27,202 nt of DNA from an uncultured Candidatus Sumerlaeota bacterium. Its GTDB lineage: Bacteria > CAYMEV01. Of the stretch, positions 25,579 through 27,202 are shown in pieces (positions within the stretch are counted from its first letter, which is position 1; the number at the start of each line of letters is the position of its first letter). Both the position numbers and the translations under genes were made by a program. Below the pieces are notes generated by a model that saw only the letters and a program-made list of their open reading frames with translations, was not told the DNA's origin and ran no database searches. Location: positions 62,001 through 89,202 of the forward strand of contig CAYMEV010000015.1 of NCBI GenBank assembly GCA_964389675.1. Reading direction: 5' to 3'.

Positions 25579-26781
25579 ATGTCTAAAAAGCTTTTTAAAT
25601 CAGGCGATAAAGTTGGTATAATATTCTCTGGCGGACCTGCTCCCTCGGCAAATGCAGTTATATCATCATGCGCGCTGACCTTTTTGAACTCCGGCCATCA
25701 GGTTATTGGTTTTTATAAAGGCTATGAGTACCTCCAGAACTATGATCTTCATAACCCTTACAGCCTTGTTGAAGAAATGCATTTTAAGAAACTGGGAGTA
25801 GAGCAGACCAAAAGCAGGAACAAGAAAGGTGTTCTCCTCAAGACTTCCAGGGCTAACCCGGGAAAATTAATAAAGACAAAGGATGATTTAAAGGATCCGG
25901 AAAAAACAAAATCTTTGATTAATATCCTAAGCGCACTCCAGACACTTGGTATAGGCTGTCTTATATCGATCGGAGGAGATGACACGCTTAAAACAGCAAA
26001 TTACCTCAGGCTTCTCGGGCTGCCGGTCATTCACATACCAAAGACTATTGACAATGATTATTACGGTATTCCATGGACATATGGATACTGGACAGCTGTT
26101 GATGTAGCAGGAAAAGAAATACAGAATCTAGCTGCTGATGCAGAAGCAACAGAAACCTATTTTATTGTTGAGCTTATGGGCAGGAAAGCAGGCTGGATAA
26201 CATATGCAGCAGGAATAATGGGAGAAGCTGTAAGGATGATATCGACGGAGGATGTGGAAGGGGAGCTTGATATTGACAGTCTTGCTGAAGAGATTGTAGA
26301 CCTTATCATACTTCGGGAAAGGGTTTTCAAACCTTATGGTGTTATTTGCATTTCAGAGGGTCTGGCAGACAAGCTGCCTCCGGAGCTTAAACCGAAAGAA
26401 AGAGACCGTCATGGAAACATCATTTTCGGCAAGGTAGAACTGTGTAAAATGCTTGCAGACAGGATAGAATATAAATATAAAGAAAAAACGCGCAGAGAAA
26501 AGAAGGTTAAAGCCAAGCAGGTGGGATACGAAACCAGATGTTCTCAGCCAATAAGCTTCGATGTAATTTTGGGCTCTATGCTTGGATTTGGTTCATATAA
26601 GCTTTTTGAACAGAAGCTTTTCGGTCATATGGTTTCTGTTTCTGAAAAATTTGATATCATTGCCATACCCTTTGATGAGCTTATAGACAGAGAAACCCTG
26701 CTCACGAAACTTAGAAATGTTCCCAGTGGCAGTGATTTCTACAACCTTAAGGAAGCGCTCTCATTCAAGATAATGGATTAA
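25579..26781 (+). CDS. pfp: 6-phosphofructokinase family protein, predicted PPi-dependent
   Basis: SGGPAP, SRAN, GGDDT, PKTIDND, ELMGR, SEG and GYETRC. The GGDD Asp and PKTIDND Lys are the PPi-specificity signature. Confidence 0.88.
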   Translation: MSKKLFKSGDKVGIIFSGGPAPSANAVISSCALTFLNSGHQVIGFYKGYEYLQNYDLHNPYSLVEEMHFKKLGVEQTKSRNKKGVLLKTSRANPGKLIKTKDDLKDPEKTKSLINILSALQTLGIGCLISIGGDDTLKTANYLRLLGLPVIHIPKTIDNDYYGIPWTYGYWTAVDVAGKEIQNLAADAEATETYFIVELMGRKAGWITYAAGIMGEAVRMISTEDVEGELDIDSLAEEIVDLIILRERVFKPYGVICISEGLADKLPPELKPKERDRHGNIIFGKVELCKMLADRIEYKYKEKTRREKKVKAKQVGYETRCSQPISFDVILGSMLGFGSYKLFEQKLFGHMVSVSEKFDIIAIPFDELIDRETLLTKLRNVPSGSDFYNLKEALSFKIMD

Positions 26782-26799
26782 TATCGGAGGTTAATATAT

Positions 26800-27202
26800 A
26801 TGTCAGGACATTCAAAATGGTCTTCAATCAAGCATAAAAAAGCCAAGGAAGACGCCAAGAAAGGCAAGATTTTTACCAGAATTATTAAAGAAATTACAAT
26901 TGCAACAAGGCTTGGAGGGAAAGATCCCATGAGCAATCCAAGATTGAGGGTAGCAATTGATAAGGCAAAATCAAGCAATATGCCCTCTGATAATATAGAA
27001 AGGGCAATTAAGAAAGGTGCCGGAGAGCTTCCCGGAGTGACATATGAGGAGTATATTTATGAAGGTTATGGGCCTGGAGGGGCAGCAATACTCATAGAAG
27101 TAGTCACAGATAACAAGAACAGGACAGTATCTGAACTGCGCCACCTTCTGACCAAACATGGAGGAAACCTGGCTGAGGCAGGCAGCGTCAGCTGGATGTT
27201 TG
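26800..27202 (+). CDS. yebC: YebC/PmpR family protein (partial; runs off the right edge)
   Basis: Manual translation [27 protein letters not shown]...NPRLR...[14 protein letters not shown]...YEGYGPGG...TDNKNRT...GSVSWMF. GGAGG RBS upstream. Confidence 0.96.
   Translation, partial: MSGHSKWSSIKHKKAKEDAKKGKIFTRIIKEITIATRLGGKDPMSNPRLRVAIDKAKSSNMPSDNIERAIKKGAGELPGVTYEEYIYEGYGPGGAAILIEVVTDNKNRTVSELRHLLTKHGGNLAEAGSVSWMF

Noticed and set aside
1975-27159. Numerous 60-160 aa ORFs in the track lying antisense to, or in another frame within, long genes (e.g. 3858-4241, 16314-16676, 20375-20749, 23700-24176, 26778-26978)
   Set aside because: They overlap confidently identified genes, have no recognisable motifs, and look like shadow ORFs.
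1-27202. CRISPR arrays, tRNA/rRNA genes, IS elements, recoded stop codons
   Set aside because: No spaced repeats, RNA gene signatures or transposase motifs were seen. The conserved genes are full length and end at TAA, TAG or TGA as in the standard code.

Overview
A gene-dense, AT-rich bacterial chromosomal window made mostly of housekeeping genes, probably from a diderm anaerobe; the taxon cannot be assigned from sequence alone. I see no rRNA, tRNA, CRISPR array, IS, integrase or phage gene. Left to right it contains: (1) a partial Thermotoga-type tRNase Z (minus strand, not in the ORF track); (2) a zinc-ribbon/GYF/TM/TPR membrane protein; (3) a three-gene operon of an ArcE-like arginine synthetase (COG2403 'GTPase'), carbamate kinase and a stand-alone B3/B4 tRNA-editing-domain protein; (4) TPR, PfkB kinase and PDZ genes; (5) a minus-strand cluster of MBL hydrolase, EF-hand/GYF/scramblase-like protein, small Zn-ribbon protein and an atypical family-4 UDG; (6) galU, an AMMECR1 protein, a site-2 protease and a solitary clpX; (7) pyrR-pyrB-pyrC plus an unannotated 56-aa PLDc_N membrane protein; (8) a long minus-strand run of aminotransferase, YfgM-like protein, oppB/oppC, ECF sigma, anti-sigma and periplasmic partner; (9) an unrecognised 419-aa ORF, a PPi-type phosphofructokinase and partial yebC. 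The best candidate for an undescribed system is the arcE-arcC-B3/B4 operon, which may couple energy-conserving arginine catabolism to tRNA quality control. Next are the modified UDG, the EF-hand/scramblase fusion and a PyrR that appears to have lost both its RNA-binding surface and its attenuator. All family calls come from motif recognition and recalled reference sequences; no database searches were run.
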